Source of the DNA: an archaeon
GTDB lineage: Archaea; Iainarchaeota; Iainarchaeia; Iainarchaeales; JANQMZ01
NCBI GenBank assembly: GCA_028279805.1
Contig: JANQMZ010000007.1
Coordinates: forward strand, 240,001 to 272,000
Direction of reading: 5' to 3'
Length of the DNA stretch: 32,000 nt
The stretch's first letter is position 1; each line of letters opens with the position of its first letter. This document shows, one piece after another, positions 1-9,801 of the stretch. The notes under the pieces were generated by a model. It did not search any database. It was not told the DNA's origin and worked only from the letters and a program-made list of their open reading frames with translations. A program made the position numbers and the translations under genes.

Positions 1-1766
1 ATATATCTTATGCCATTTCCTTTGTAAAATTTTGTAAAAAATTCAACATAATGCAATCTCATGCTCTGAATAAATGAGCCCATTACTCCGAGCCACAAAT
101 TTATTGCATGCCCCAACAAAATTACTATTAAGCCTATAATAAAACCTGTAATACCGTTCCAGATATGCTGTCCTGCCAGATTATTTATAATTAAGGCAAG
201 CTGCACTGAAGATAATCCTATTCCAAAAAGTCTTGCATATGAAATAATGTGTCCTACTGCTGACGGAATTTCAATTATTCCTGCAAACCCTTCCCCTTTA
301 ACCATTAAAACCAATGCGATTAGTGAAATTATCCCGCCTGAAATTAATCCAAAGCTGATCATTCCAAAGTTTTCCAAAATAACAAGCGCAACTCCTAACT
401 CCAGCAAAATCCATGAAATTCCTTCCTCAATCGCCCCCATCAAACCATGTTTTGCAAAACCGTTTACAGCCTTTAAAACAAAACCAAGGTTTATGTGTAA
501 TACGCCCACCAGCACTGAAATTAAAAGCATTTGAGTAATTCCATGAACCCTGTTAATCAAAGGATTGTGAACAAACTCTACTCCAAAAAATTCTGCAAAA
601 ACAAATCCAAAAAATATTGTTGAAATGCTTGAAAGCAAAAGAATTGTCAAAAGATTTTTCAGCTGTTTTCCTGGCTTTAAAAGCCTTAAACCGGTGTAAG
701 ATATCAAAAAAACAAGCAAGCCGTAACCCACGTCTCCAAGCATAAAACCGAAAAATAAAGGAAAAGTTATTGAAAACAAAACGGTGGGATCTAATTCATA
801 ATATTTTGGCAAAGAATACAAGTCCAGAAACAGTTCAAAAGCATTTGTTGGTTTAGGATTTTCAAGCTTTGTAGGAGCTTTTTCCCCGGCGTCAAATTTT
901 TCAATATGAATTCTTTTTTTTGCAGCCAGACTTAAAGAATTTTCAAATTTTTGCAAGCTTTCAGCAGGAATCCAGCCGTTTACAAAAAAAGAACGCATGG
1001 ATGAAGCAAACTGAAGAGGCGCTTCAGCTTTTTCATTTAACTGTGTTAAAGCCTGTTCAAATGAATTGATAAAAAGTTTATGTTTTTTTTTAATTGCCCT
1101 TAATTCTTTTCTTTTAAGCCTTATTTTTTTTCTGACGCTTGCCAGCATTGATTCAAGTTCTTTTTTTGATTCGTCAAACTTGATTTCAGATTCAGCAAAA
1201 CCATGTGACAATAAAATTTTTCTGGTTTTCTCTTCCTCTGAAAGAGGAACAACAAGAATGAAAGCATTAGCTGTTTCCTCATTGTTTCCCATTAAATAAT
1301 ATGACTTGACTTCATTTTTCAGTTCAGGTTCGAAATCTGACTGGCAAACTCCCTTAAACAGTTTAACATTTGAATAACCTTTAAGCAAAAAAGGCTTAAC
1401 ATTAAGATTCAAAACAGGTTCTTCAAGTTTTCTTTTAATTGCCTCTCTTTCCTTCCTTAATCCAGTTAATTCAGAGTTTAGAAATTTAACTTCCTCAAAA
1501 ATTTTGACAAATCTTGCATTAGCCTGTGAAATGTTTTCAATTTTTTTAATTTTTTTGCTTTTCCTGATTTTTAACAAGTCAATAACAGAACGCAGTTCAA
1601 CCAAAGTCTTTGAATATTCTGAAGCTTCATCAAAAGAATTGCCTGAATTAAAAAAATCATTTTCTTTTTTTTTGAAAGGATTCACATGCAAAAGATTTAA
1701 GTCATACAATGAGCCTATAATTTCCTTCATCAAATTTTTAGGGCCGGAAATTCTGACCTTAACCAT
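1..1766 (-). CDS. atpI: A/V-type ATP synthase subunit I (truncated by left window edge)
   Basis: Minus-strand frame with no stop up to the window edge. N-terminus MVKVRISGPKNLMKEIIGSLYDLNLLHVNPF is typical of subunit I. The distal part is hydrophobic and subunit H is immediately upstream. Not in the ORF track because it runs off the window. Confidence 0.8.
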   Translation of the reverse strand, partial: MVKVRISGPKNLMKEIIGSLYDLNLLHVNPFKKKENDFFNSGNSFDEASEYSKTLVELRSVIDLLKIRKSKKIKKIENISQANARFVKIFEEVKFLNSELTGLRKEREAIKRKLEEPVLNLNVKPFLLKGYSNVKLFKGVCQSDFEPELKNEVKSYYLMGNNEETANAFILVVPLSEEEKTRKILLSHGFAESEIKFDESKKELESMLASVRKKIRLKRKELRAIKKKHKLFINSFEQALTQLNEKAEAPLQFASSMRSFFVNGWIPAESLQKFENSLSLAAKKRIHIEKFDAGEKAPTKLENPKPTNAFELFLDLYSLPKYYELDPTVLFSITFPLFFGFMLGDVGYGLLVFLISYTGLRLLKPGKQLKNLLTILLLSSISTIFFGFVFAEFFGVEFVHNPLINRVHGITQMLLISVLVGVLHINLGFVLKAVNGFAKHGLMGAIEEGISWILLELGVALVILENFGMISFGLISGGIISLIALVLMVKGEGFAGIIEIPSAVGHIISYARLFGIGLSSVQLALIINNLAGQHIWNGITGFIIGLIVILLGHAINLWLGVMGSFIQSMRLHYVEFFTKFYKGNGIRY

Positions 1767-1770
1767 TTCT

Positions 1771-2124
1771 TCAGCGTGAAACACTTTTCAATTCCTCTAA
1801 AAATTTTTTAAAAATAAAATTAACCTGTTTTGAAGTTTTTGGAATTACCTTTTTCTTCAAAGAATTCAACTTTTTTTCAGCTTTTACCTTAATTTCTTTT
1901 TTCTTTTTTTCAATTTTTTTCTCTTCCTGTGAAAAAATTTTTTCACGGAATTTAGCATCATTTTTTTCAGCATTAATTCCGACCTGAAGAGCTGATTTTT
2001 TTGCTTTTTCAAGAATTTGAAGTTTTTGCTTTTCAGCTTTTTCAACAATTTTTTGAGCCTGAATCTCAGTTTCCTTTATTTTTTCAAGTGATTCTTCGCT
2101 TGATTGTTTAACCAGTTGAGACAA
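1771..2124 (-). CDS. A/V-type ATP synthase subunit H-like coiled coil (peripheral stalk)
   Basis: 117 aa, Glu/Lys/Gln/Ala-rich coiled coil (ESLEKIKETEIQAQKIVEKAEKQKLQILEKAKKSA) directly upstream of subunit I. Confidence 0.7.
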   Translation of the reverse strand: MSQLVKQSSEESLEKIKETEIQAQKIVEKAEKQKLQILEKAKKSALQVGINAEKNDAKFREKIFSQEEKKIEKKKKEIKVKAEKKLNSLKKKVIPKTSKQVNFIFKKFLEELKSVSR

Positions 2125-2521
2125 AATTAATCCCCCAAAACATTGCCAAAATGCTTAAAACAAATGAAAACACAACACGTTTTTAAAGCTTTTTAGCCGT
2201 TTTAAAGCAAAAACAAGCATTATACGGAAAATATATACAAAAAGAAAAAGAAAAAAGTTGTTAGATTCTCTAATTTTTGATTGTTAAAAAGTTTGAATTT
2301 CAAAATAAAAATTGATAATAAGTTCTTTGAAGACACTATTGACAGCGTCAGAAGTTTTTCGGAATTTTTGACGCTACTTTTTTCAAATTTTTAAGCTTTC
2401 TCCCCCTGAAGCACTGCCCAACATTTTTTTGTTGGGCTGTTTCTTTTTACATTTTTCAGGTTTTTAAAAAAAAGGCTATAAAAACATTATCTTTTTTTAT
2501 TTTTCATCGGGGATTTTTTTA

Positions 2522-3277
2522 ATGATTCAGAATTCTTTTTGCTTTTTAAAATCCGGGGATATAAGAATTGAAAAAATTTTATGGCAGGAAGGAGTCAAAA
2601 ACTGGAAAGATTTTTACAATTTAAACGGATCATCAGAATTAAAACAGCAGGAAATTGATTTGCTGGGAAATGAATTAAAAGAAGCCGAAGAAGAATATGG
2701 TTCTGAAAACTCTGACTATTTTTACAAGCTTTTTCCTGAATCAGAAAACTGGAGACTGTTTAAAGATTTTGAAAAAAACACAATGTTTTTTGATATTGAA
2801 TGCACCGGTTTAGGCTTTAATGATAAGACTACGATGCTTGGCACTCTTTTCAGGGGAAAATTTAATGCTTTGATTCGCGGGCAAAATCTTTCAAGGGAGA
2901 ATGTTGCAGAAGAATTGAGAAAAGCAAAATTGCTTGTTAGTTTTAACGGAAGCCAGTTTGATATTCCTTTTTTGGAAAAAGAATTCAGAGTCAAAATAAA
3001 CATTCCGCATGTTGATCTGCGTTTTACAGGTTACCAGATTGGATTAAGAGGTGGGCTAAAAAGCATTGAAAAAGAATTAAATTTTCAAAGAGATGAAGAA
3101 ATTCAGAATGTTGATGGCTTTGAAGCAACCAGGTTGTGGAGAAATTATTTAAAAGGAAACAAAAAATCTTTACAGACCCTGGTGGAATACAACAAGTATG
3201 ATGTTGAAAATCTGGAAAAATTAATGAACCATTGTTATAATAAGCTGAAAAAAAAGAGATTAAATGAAGAAAATTAA
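2522..3277 (+). CDS. YprB-like ribonuclease H-fold (DEDD) exonuclease
   Basis: FFDIECTGLG...TMLGTLFRG...LLVSFNGSQFDIPFLEKEF...HVDLRFTG...NVDGFEATRLWRNYLKGNKKSLQTLVEYNKYDVENL shows the DxE, N...FD and YxxxD motifs of the family. Confidence 0.75.
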   Translation: MIQNSFCFLKSGDIRIEKILWQEGVKNWKDFYNLNGSSELKQQEIDLLGNELKEAEEEYGSENSDYFYKLFPESENWRLFKDFEKNTMFFDIECTGLGFNDKTTMLGTLFRGKFNALIRGQNLSRENVAEELRKAKLLVSFNGSQFDIPFLEKEFRVKINIPHVDLRFTGYQIGLRGGLKSIEKELNFQRDEEIQNVDGFEATRLWRNYLKGNKKSLQTLVEYNKYDVENLEKLMNHCYNKLKKKRLNEEN

Positions 3278-3567
3278 AGCACTGTTAAAGTGCCATTTCT
3301 TCCTGTGCCGACCTGTTTGTCGCCTCTGAATTCTGAAACCCAGCCGTTTTCAATTTTAACGGTGTCTCCTTCTTTAACCTCTGCACATTGTTCGTTCCAC
3401 AAAGTCAGGCTAACCTCACCGGAATCGTCTTTTGCAGCACAAGTGCATACTTTTCCTGCACCTTTTTCAGTGGCAAAATCTCTTACCTCTCCTTTGCTTA
3501 CAACCTCAAGAGTAATTTCATCTACAGCCGTTCTAGGCTTCAAATCTTCTACTTTCATCAAATTCAC
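3274..3567 (-). CDS. OB-fold nucleic-acid-binding protein (RPA-like single domain)
   Basis: MKVEDLKPRTAVDEITLEVVSKGEVRDFATEKGAGKVCTCAAKDDSGEVSLTLWNEQ...VKEGDTVKIENGWVSEFRG resembles archaeal RPA OB domains. Convergent 4-nt overlap with the upstream CDS. Confidence 0.75.
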   Translation of the reverse strand: MNLMKVEDLKPRTAVDEITLEVVSKGEVRDFATEKGAGKVCTCAAKDDSGEVSLTLWNEQCAEVKEGDTVKIENGWVSEFRGDKQVGTGRNGTLTVL

Positions 3568-3636
3568 CTCAAATATAAGTGTAACAATTCAACACCTAAA
3601 ATGTTTAAAAAGGCTTTTGATTGTTTTAAAAAAATT

Positions 3637-4586
3637 TTAAAGCTTAAAAACCATGTTTTTTAAAGTCAGATTATGAATTACAATCCAGTTAAGCAATGTA
3701 ACAAAAGCTGCAAAAATTATTGCACTCACTCCTGTCAAAAACTCGGGAATGTTTAAAGCCAGAACAAATGCAATAAAAACGAACTGCAAAAAGAAACCAA
3801 AAAAAGCATTCAATCCGAAAATTCTTAAAAATTCGGCTTTAAATTTTTTGAATTCAAACAAATAATAAAACAACAAAAACAAAAAAACTGAAACTCCGGC
3901 TGAAAAAACAACATAGCTTTCTGAAACCGTTAACCTTGCCAAAGGAATAAAAAAACTTAAAACAATTCCCAAACCTGTTAACAAAAAAGCAAGAGAAAAA
4001 GTTTTCAGAACAAATTTTTTTTTCTCAGCAAAAAAATTTCCGACAATTAAACCTATTACAACAATAAATGTCCATGTTAAAATTCCGGGCAGCCCGCCTT
4101 CCCCAAAATTTACAGCCAAACTGTGAAAAAAAGGGTGTTGCAACAGAAAAAAATGAAGCAATATTAAAAAAAAAGCAAAAACAAATTTGAACAAATTATT
4201 TTTTGAACTGACAAAGAATGCAATAAAATAGGAAGCTCCAATTGCTTCCAAAACACCCCAGACCAACTGCAATGAATTGCTTCTTACCAGATTGTCTCCA
4301 AGCATTCCGATTAAAATAAGCAGAACAGAACGCTTCAAAACATGTTTTGTTATTTTTTCATTTGACTGTTTTAATATTTTTTTTCTTTTTTGCATTGAAA
4401 AATGAAGTGAAACTCCTACAATAAACAAAAAAAATGGAAAAATTAAATCAACAAAAGTTATTCCTCCGATACCATCAGGAAAATGTTTTAACGCAAAAGG
4501 AATCAATGAAAAAAAAGCCAAAGTGTTTACAAAAATCATTGATAAAACGGAAAAACCTCGAAAAATATCAACAAAATCATAACGCA
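3637..4586 (-). CDS. Multi-pass membrane protein of the heparan-alpha-glucosaminide N-acetyltransferase-like / DUF1624-DUF5009 group
   Basis: MRYDFVDIFRGFSVLSMIFVNT...GITFVDLIFPFFLFIVGVSLHFSMQKR. The track extends to 4656, but the MRYDFVD start at 4586 fits the family. Confidence 0.65.
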
Positions 4587-4621
4587 TGTAAACCAGCCAA
4601 ATATGCAAACAAAGTAAACCA

Positions 4622-4661
4622 GTGCTGCCGAAGGCGCACGTTCCCACCCGAAACATCGGGC
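4622..4661 (+). other. Two-hairpin module, type 1, copy A
   Basis: GTGCtGCC-gaa-GGCGCAC / GTTCCC / A-CCCGA-AACA-TCGGG-C, then TAG, then the tRNA-Arg 3' end at 4665. Confidence 0.65.
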
Positions 4662-4664
4662 TAG

Positions 4665-4736
4665 CGGACCCGGAGGGATTCGAACCCTCAACCCACAGCT
4701 TAGAAGGCTGTTGCGCTTCCGTTGCGCCACGGGCCC
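4665..4736 (-). tRNA. tRNA-Arg (anticodon TCT)
   Basis: GGGCCCG TG GCGC AACGGAA GCGC A ACAGC CTTCTAA GCTGT GGGTT GAGGG TTCGAAT CCCTC CGGGTCC G. Full cloverleaf, 72 nt, no encoded CCA. Confidence 0.95.
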
Positions 4737-4829
4737 TTTTTTAGCTATTAATTGTGGTTTGATAGATTTTAAACCTTTTTTAATTAAATTCAAAAACCTA
4801 TTTAAAGCATTAAACAATAATAATTAGCA

Positions 4830-5681
4830 ATGATTCAAAGAAACTGGATTTTAATAGGAGTAATTGTAATTGCTCTTGGCTGGATTTTTTTAAATTTTGA
4901 CACTGGCCTGCCTTTTGATACGCAGGAAAATAATGAGGCAAATGTTTTGAATGAACCTGTTTTGAATTCTGAAACTGTTGAAACAAGTGTTAATTTTTTA
5001 CAAAATAGTGTGACATTTGCAGATGAAAAAGATTTGGTGAGTACCATTTTTATGAGCCGCAAGGTTGACACGGAAAATGAAGACGAACCGTTTGTTTTTC
5101 AGGGAAGAGAGTATCAGATTGTTATAAACAAAAGCAGCAAAGTTCTGGAAGTAACTTATAATGATTTGGAAAATAAAAAAATGCGTTTTTCTGTGCCTTA
5201 TGAAAATGAAGCTTTTTCAAAAAATTCTGTAAGTTTTTCAAATGCGTTTGATGAAAAAGAAGCTGAATTTAAATATTTTGTTTTTGAAAATGAAAATCTT
5301 GTTTATTTTTTTTTAACCGCACAATCTTTTCCTTTGCAGGGGCAAAATTTTTTAAGATTTGAGGGAACTGATACAGACGGAGACGGAGCTGTAGATATAG
5401 ATTATTATGCAAGAGATGCAGAAGCTTTTGGTTTTGATTCAGGTGATTCAATGCCTCTGGTCGGGCACTTTGTTCTTTCAAACAAAGGAAAAGATGTGAA
5501 AGTTTTTGTTAACACTTTAAATGATGCTTTAATTGTTCCTGATGAAACTTTTTCCTATTATTTGGGTCCGGTAATGTTTGACGGGAAATTTTTTAATGAA
5601 ACAGGAAAAACAGCTGTTGATTCAGCGGGAAACCAGTTTCAGCTTGACGAAAAAAAAGTTTTAGTTGTTCTTGCTCCTTAA
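4830..5681 (+). CDS. Membrane-anchored extracytoplasmic protein of unknown function with a DxDGDG loop
   Basis: 283-aa ORF. N-terminal TM (NWILIGVIVIALGWIFLNF), soluble domain and the DTDGDGAVDID motif. Confidence 0.6.
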   Translation: MIQRNWILIGVIVIALGWIFLNFDTGLPFDTQENNEANVLNEPVLNSETVETSVNFLQNSVTFADEKDLVSTIFMSRKVDTENEDEPFVFQGREYQIVINKSSKVLEVTYNDLENKKMRFSVPYENEAFSKNSVSFSNAFDEKEAEFKYFVFENENLVYFFLTAQSFPLQGQNFLRFEGTDTDGDGAVDIDYYARDAEAFGFDSGDSMPLVGHFVLSNKGKDVKVFVNTLNDALIVPDETFSYYLGPVMFDGKFFNETGKTAVDSAGNQFQLDEKKVLVVLAP

Positions 5682-5694
5682 AATTAGTGGTTTT

Positions 5695-6396
5695 ATGGAA
5701 AAAGCAAAAAACAGGAAAAAAAATTTTACCGCAATAGCATTGTTTGTAATAATGCTTGGAAGTTCACTGGTTTTGTTTTACCACATGCCTGAGCTTATTG
5801 CCCCTGTTTTAGCCACTTTAATAGGAATAAGCATTGTTTTTTTAATCTGGAAAGCAATTCACGGCCCCGGTTCTGTTAAAGAACTTTTAAAGCAAAAAAG
5901 AAAAATTTTGAAAGAAATAAGCATAACAGAAAAAGAGTTTTTCAAAAGAAGGTTATCCGAAAAAGATTACAGGGAGATGATGCAGCAAAAACAAACTGAA
6001 TTAATTAAAATTGAGGGAAAAATTGCAGGAATTGAATCAAAAAAATCATTAAAAGAAGAAAAAACAACAAACCTTGCAAAAAACAAACAACATGCTTTAA
6101 AAAAATTATTAGAAGAAAAAAAAAGACTGTCAGATGAAAGAAAGCTTATTGACATAAAATTTCATAAAAGAAAAATTAATCAGCAAATATACGAACAACT
6201 TGTTAAAAAAAACAAGAAAGAAGAAGTGGAAACAGAAGCATCAATCCAGCAAATTTACAGTGAAAAAACAATTGATGAAATAATGACTGGTTTAAAAAAC
6301 AGGTTAAAAGAACTTGAAAAAGAAAAAAAAATAAGAGCAAAAGGAGAAAAACAGATAATGGAAGAAGATATAATTGAAAGTGTTTCAGAAGAATAA
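5695..6396 (+). CDS. Hypothetical protein: two N-terminal TM helices plus a long cytosolic coiled coil
   Basis: MEKAKNRKKNFTAIALFVIMLGSSLVLFYHMPELIAPVLATLIGISIVFLIWKAI, then a Lys/Glu-rich helix. The track start at 5665 is extended; ATG 5695 is preferred. Confidence 0.6.
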   Translation: MEKAKNRKKNFTAIALFVIMLGSSLVLFYHMPELIAPVLATLIGISIVFLIWKAIHGPGSVKELLKQKRKILKEISITEKEFFKRRLSEKDYREMMQQKQTELIKIEGKIAGIESKKSLKEEKTTNLAKNKQHALKKLLEEKKRLSDERKLIDIKFHKRKINQQIYEQLVKKNKKEEVETEASIQQIYSEKTIDEIMTGLKNRLKELEKEKKIRAKGEKQIMEEDIIESVSEE

Positions 6397-6408
6397 TTAA
6401 ATTAGTGA

Positions 6409-6888
6409 TTATGAAATTTTTTCAAGCAAATCCGAAGCAAATTTTTTGATTTCCTCTGTTTTTTTTTCATTCAAATCAAACAAAGATTTAACAGTAACAG
6501 AACTTACAACATCTGCACCCATAGTACTTAAAATTCCTGACAATTTTTGAACTGTTTTTCCTGCAAGTGCAACTGAAGAGCAAAAAATTCCGAATTTTTT
6601 ATTTTCAACATTTTTAAGTTTTCTTACAAAATGTTCAACAACAGGATGCATTGAAAAATTGCTGACAGGCGTCCCGACAATAATCAAATCAAAAGACTTA
6701 ACATCAACCAGGTCCTCCTCAAAATCAATTTTTTCAAGTTTGGAATATTCATCTACTTTTACTTCTTTTTTTGGCTTTAATTTTAAAAACTTTATTTTAA
6801 AATTTTTTAATTTGAAAAAATTTTTCAAAGCATTAGCCATTGACTCAGCATTGTCAGCTTTTGAATAAAAAGCAATTAAAACATTCAT
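6409..6888 (-). CDS. Flavodoxin-fold protein
   Basis: MNVLIAFYSKADNAESMANALKNFF...SFDLIIVGTPVSNFSMHPVVEHFVRKLKNVENKKFGIFCSSVALAGK. Confidence 0.75.
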   Translation of the reverse strand: MNVLIAFYSKADNAESMANALKNFFKLKNFKIKFLKLKPKKEVKVDEYSKLEKIDFEEDLVDVKSFDLIIVGTPVSNFSMHPVVEHFVRKLKNVENKKFGIFCSSVALAGKTVQKLSGILSTMGADVVSSVTVKSLFDLNEKKTEEIKKFASDLLEKIS

Positions 6889-6980
6889 TTTAACACAACC
6901 TATTTTTACTACAATTATATTAAAACTATTTTTCTCAGGATCATTCTGAATAAAACTGAGCTTGCATTATTTAAAAAACT

Positions 6981-7517
6981 TCAGTAATAACGCCTTATAA
7001 AAAAATACAAAAATACCGCAATTAAGGAAAAAGCAATCCAGTAACCCAAATCATTAAAAGCAGGCTGTTCAACCGGTTTTTCTTTTTCTTCTGATTCAAA
7101 ATTGTTTTGAACAAAAACCTGTAAAATAAATCCAAATTTTATTTGTTCATTTGAAACAGGCTGAATTACAAATTTTGTCCTGTGATTTCCCTGTGAAAAA
7201 TTTTCAGGAGGATTAATTGAATAACTTATTTCTTTTTTTTCACCGGGTTCAAGTTTTACAGATGAATGGCTTAAAGATGAAAATTTTTGCAAATCATCAA
7301 TAACATCATCATTTATTCCCAAATCATTGTTAACTCTTAATGAAACTTCAATTGGTTTATTTGAATCGTTTTCAACAAAAAAAGAACCGTTAATTTTTTC
7401 ACCTGTAAAATCATGATAAATTGTTAAAGGTTTTACAATAATAGCCGGAGACAAAGCAAATGCCTGTGTTAAAAAAATCAAAAAAAACAAAAATGTGAAA
7501 ATTTTTTTAAAAAACAT
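6981..7517 (-). CDS. Secreted protein with C-terminal TM anchor; possible CARDB-like/immunoglobulin-like domain
   Basis: Signal peptide FFKKIFTFLFFLIFLTQAFA, beta-rich body, C-terminal DLGYWIAFSLIAVFLYFFIRRYY. Lies 11 nt downstream of the large surface protein. Confidence 0.6.
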   Translation of the reverse strand: MFFKKIFTFLFFLIFLTQAFALSPAIIVKPLTIYHDFTGEKINGSFFVENDSNKPIEVSLRVNNDLGINDDVIDDLQKFSSLSHSSVKLEPGEKKEISYSINPPENFSQGNHRTKFVIQPVSNEQIKFGFILQVFVQNNFESEEKEKPVEQPAFNDLGYWIAFSLIAVFLYFFIRRYY

Positions 7518-7528
7518 TTAAAAAACCA

Positions 7529-9760
7529 TTAAGTGCAAGGAGCTGCAGCAGAATCATCAGCTGCTGTTGTATCTTCCGCAATGTAAAAAGTTACATTTAC
7601 ATCCAAAGATGTTGTATCCGGTTCATCATCCGGAACAAGAATTGCAATTCCAACATTAATTTTATCATTAGTTGAATCAAGCTGTTCACAAATCTGGCCT
7701 GAATTTCTGCCCAGACCAACAATGTTAAAATCAGTCCAGCCTGTCTGAGCAAAACCACCTTCACAGGAACTAGCCACATTGTTATCTGAAATAAACCTGA
7801 AATAATTCCTGTCAGAACCTCCGCTTGTACCATTCCAGGATAATTGTTGTGCACAAGTGCTGACATCAATATCAACATTTCCGGTATTGGTAATCAAAAA
7901 AGGAGTGTCACTATCTCCATTTTCATCAGAAGCACCGTTGTTTAAAGTAAAAGTCATGGGGCTGTTTGTAACATCAATTGTAACAGTTGAAGCAACTGCC
8001 TGGGTTGTAATTGTTCTGTCAGTTCCCAAGGACGTGTTAGCATCAGCTTTTGTTCCGTTTCCAGAAAATCTTAACTCATAAGCTTGAGCTGTTGTAGTGC
8101 TGTTCACATCCCATTTAGGAGTATAACTTTGATTATAAGCCAAATGGGTTGACTGAGGATTTGCGCCTGAAGTAATATACAAAGGGCTTGTGTTAACGGT
8201 ATTCATGTCCCAAAAGTCTGTACATCCCGCGCCAACACAATACTGTAAAGTTGTGTCAACAACTCCACAATTAGCATCATTGCATGTTACTGTTCCTTCA
8301 ACCAAAAATTCTTCACTCACATTAATTGTAGTGTTCGCATCAGACGGAGGAGAAGTAATATTAAAACTTAAATTTCCATCCTTTTCAGTGTAAGAAACAT
8401 TAATGTCAATATTATCCCAAAATGACCTTAAGCCTGTTGGAAAAGAAGTTGGATTTGCAACAGCATAAACACCAAAATCAACATGGTTAATGTCAGCAGA
8501 TGTCCAGGTTGTTCCCCACAAATCATTTGTTGCCCCAACAGTTTCACGAATCGGAGTTGTGCTTGCAATACTTGCAGTTGACTTTGTATCACCGGTTGCT
8601 GTTCCCGCTTTAACCAGCTGCAAATCTGTTTGCCAAGTGTTTCCTGTCTGAGTATGCCTTTCAACTCTAACTTCAATTCCGTTAATTTGAGCTCCTACAG
8701 GAACATCAAAATCAAAATCATCATAAGTTGCTTCTCCTGCAATAGCAACATACCTGTTGGTTGTATTAACATCATCAGAAGTCCACGCATTGTTTGGGTT
8801 ATCAACACCGTCGCTTGAAGCTGTTGCAGTCGGATCCTTAAAGCTTCCCGGTTCAGACAATGTTAAAGTTCTGTCTGTTCCCGAAGAATTTCCGGTATTT
8901 GCCTTTGTTCCGCTTGCCTGTACCCTTAATTCATATGATTGGGCAGTAAAACTTGATTCAACAACCCAGCTTTGAGTAAAACTTTGATTATAACCCAAAT
9001 GCTGGCTCTGAGGATTGTTACCAGAGGATAAAAACAAAGGAGCCGAAGCATCAGAATTCATATCCCAAAAATCAGTGCAACCAGAACCGACACAGTATTG
9101 TAAATTTGCATCAACAACTCCACAATTAGCATCATCACACGTTACTGACCCTTCAACCAAAAACAAGCTGTTTGTATCAATTGTTGTATTGGCATCAGCT
9201 GACGGAGTAGTAATGCTTGCAGTAAAATTCCCATCATTCTCAGTATAAGAAACACTAATATCAACATCATCCCAGTTCGCAGGATCTCCACTAATAGGAG
9301 CAGTTCTTACTAAACCAACACCAAAGTCTGCGCTGTTAATATCTGCAACGGTTAAAGTTGTTCCCCACATATCCGTGGTTGACCCGGCTGTCTGAGTCAC
9401 ATCACTGGTAGAATTAGTTTGAAAGGAACTGGAATCTGTGTTTCCAATAAGTCCTGTGCTATCTCTTAACTGTGCAGTAGTGGTTATGGTTGAAAACCCT
9501 GTAACTTTCCATTCAAGCCTAACCCTGATTCCGTTAATTGTTGCACCAATTGGAATATCAAAACCGAAAGTGTCATAATGACCGGTTTGACCCAAACCAC
9601 AAGTTGTTCTTGAATCATCGGAAGCCCAGGCATTATCAGGACTGGAACAAGTTCCCGAATGAGTTGCTGTCGGATCAGTAAAAGCTGTGTCAGTTGCAAA
9701 AACAAGCAATGCTGAAAATATTAATAAGAATAAAACCATTAACCCCGAAGCATTTTTCAT
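7529..9760 (-). CDS. Large secreted/surface protein with two internal ~285-aa repeats
   Basis: 743 aa, signal peptide MKNASGLMVLFLLIFSALLVFA, repeated (F)xDPTAT...DDVDISVSYTE..DGN and VTCxDANCGVVDxxLQYCVGxGCTDFWDMN blocks, many NxS/T sequons. Confidence 0.75.
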   Translation of the reverse strand: MKNASGLMVLFLLIFSALLVFATDTAFTDPTATHSGTCSSPDNAWASDDSRTTCGLGQTGHYDTFGFDIPIGATINGIRVRLEWKVTGFSTITTTAQLRDSTGLIGNTDSSSFQTNSTSDVTQTAGSTTDMWGTTLTVADINSADFGVGLVRTAPISGDPANWDDVDISVSYTENDGNFTASITTPSADANTTIDTNSLFLVEGSVTCDDANCGVVDANLQYCVGSGCTDFWDMNSDASAPLFLSSGNNPQSQHLGYNQSFTQSWVVESSFTAQSYELRVQASGTKANTGNSSGTDRTLTLSEPGSFKDPTATASSDGVDNPNNAWTSDDVNTTNRYVAIAGEATYDDFDFDVPVGAQINGIEVRVERHTQTGNTWQTDLQLVKAGTATGDTKSTASIASTTPIRETVGATNDLWGTTWTSADINHVDFGVYAVANPTSFPTGLRSFWDNIDINVSYTEKDGNLSFNITSPPSDANTTINVSEEFLVEGTVTCNDANCGVVDTTLQYCVGAGCTDFWDMNTVNTSPLYITSGANPQSTHLAYNQSYTPKWDVNSTTTAQAYELRFSGNGTKADANTSLGTDRTITTQAVASTVTIDVTNSPMTFTLNNGASDENGDSDTPFLITNTGNVDIDVSTCAQQLSWNGTSGGSDRNYFRFISDNNVASSCEGGFAQTGWTDFNIVGLGRNSGQICEQLDSTNDKINVGIAILVPDDEPDTTSLDVNVTFYIAEDTTAADDSAAAPCT
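8010..9690 (-). repeat. Two-copy intragenic repeat, about 0.85 kb period
   Basis: Unit 1 (FTDPTATHSG...GTDRTLTLSEP) and unit 2 (FKDPTATASS...GTDRTITTQAV) share the same domain order and Cys pattern. Boundaries approximate. Confidence 0.75.
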
Positions 9761-9801
9761 GTTATTAAATAGTTGTTTTAATTTTAAAAAAGAATGCTAT
9801 T

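Noticed and set aside
247-1779. Three + strand ORFs (95, 77, 91 aa) over the left edge
   Set aside because: Antisense shadows of the ATPase subunit I frame, which is missing from the track only because it is truncated.
4536-4817. 93-aa minus ORF (MFNALNRFLNLIKKG...)
   Set aside because: Reads through the tRNA-Arg gene (PVAQRKRNSLLSCGLRVRIPPGPL is the translated tRNA).
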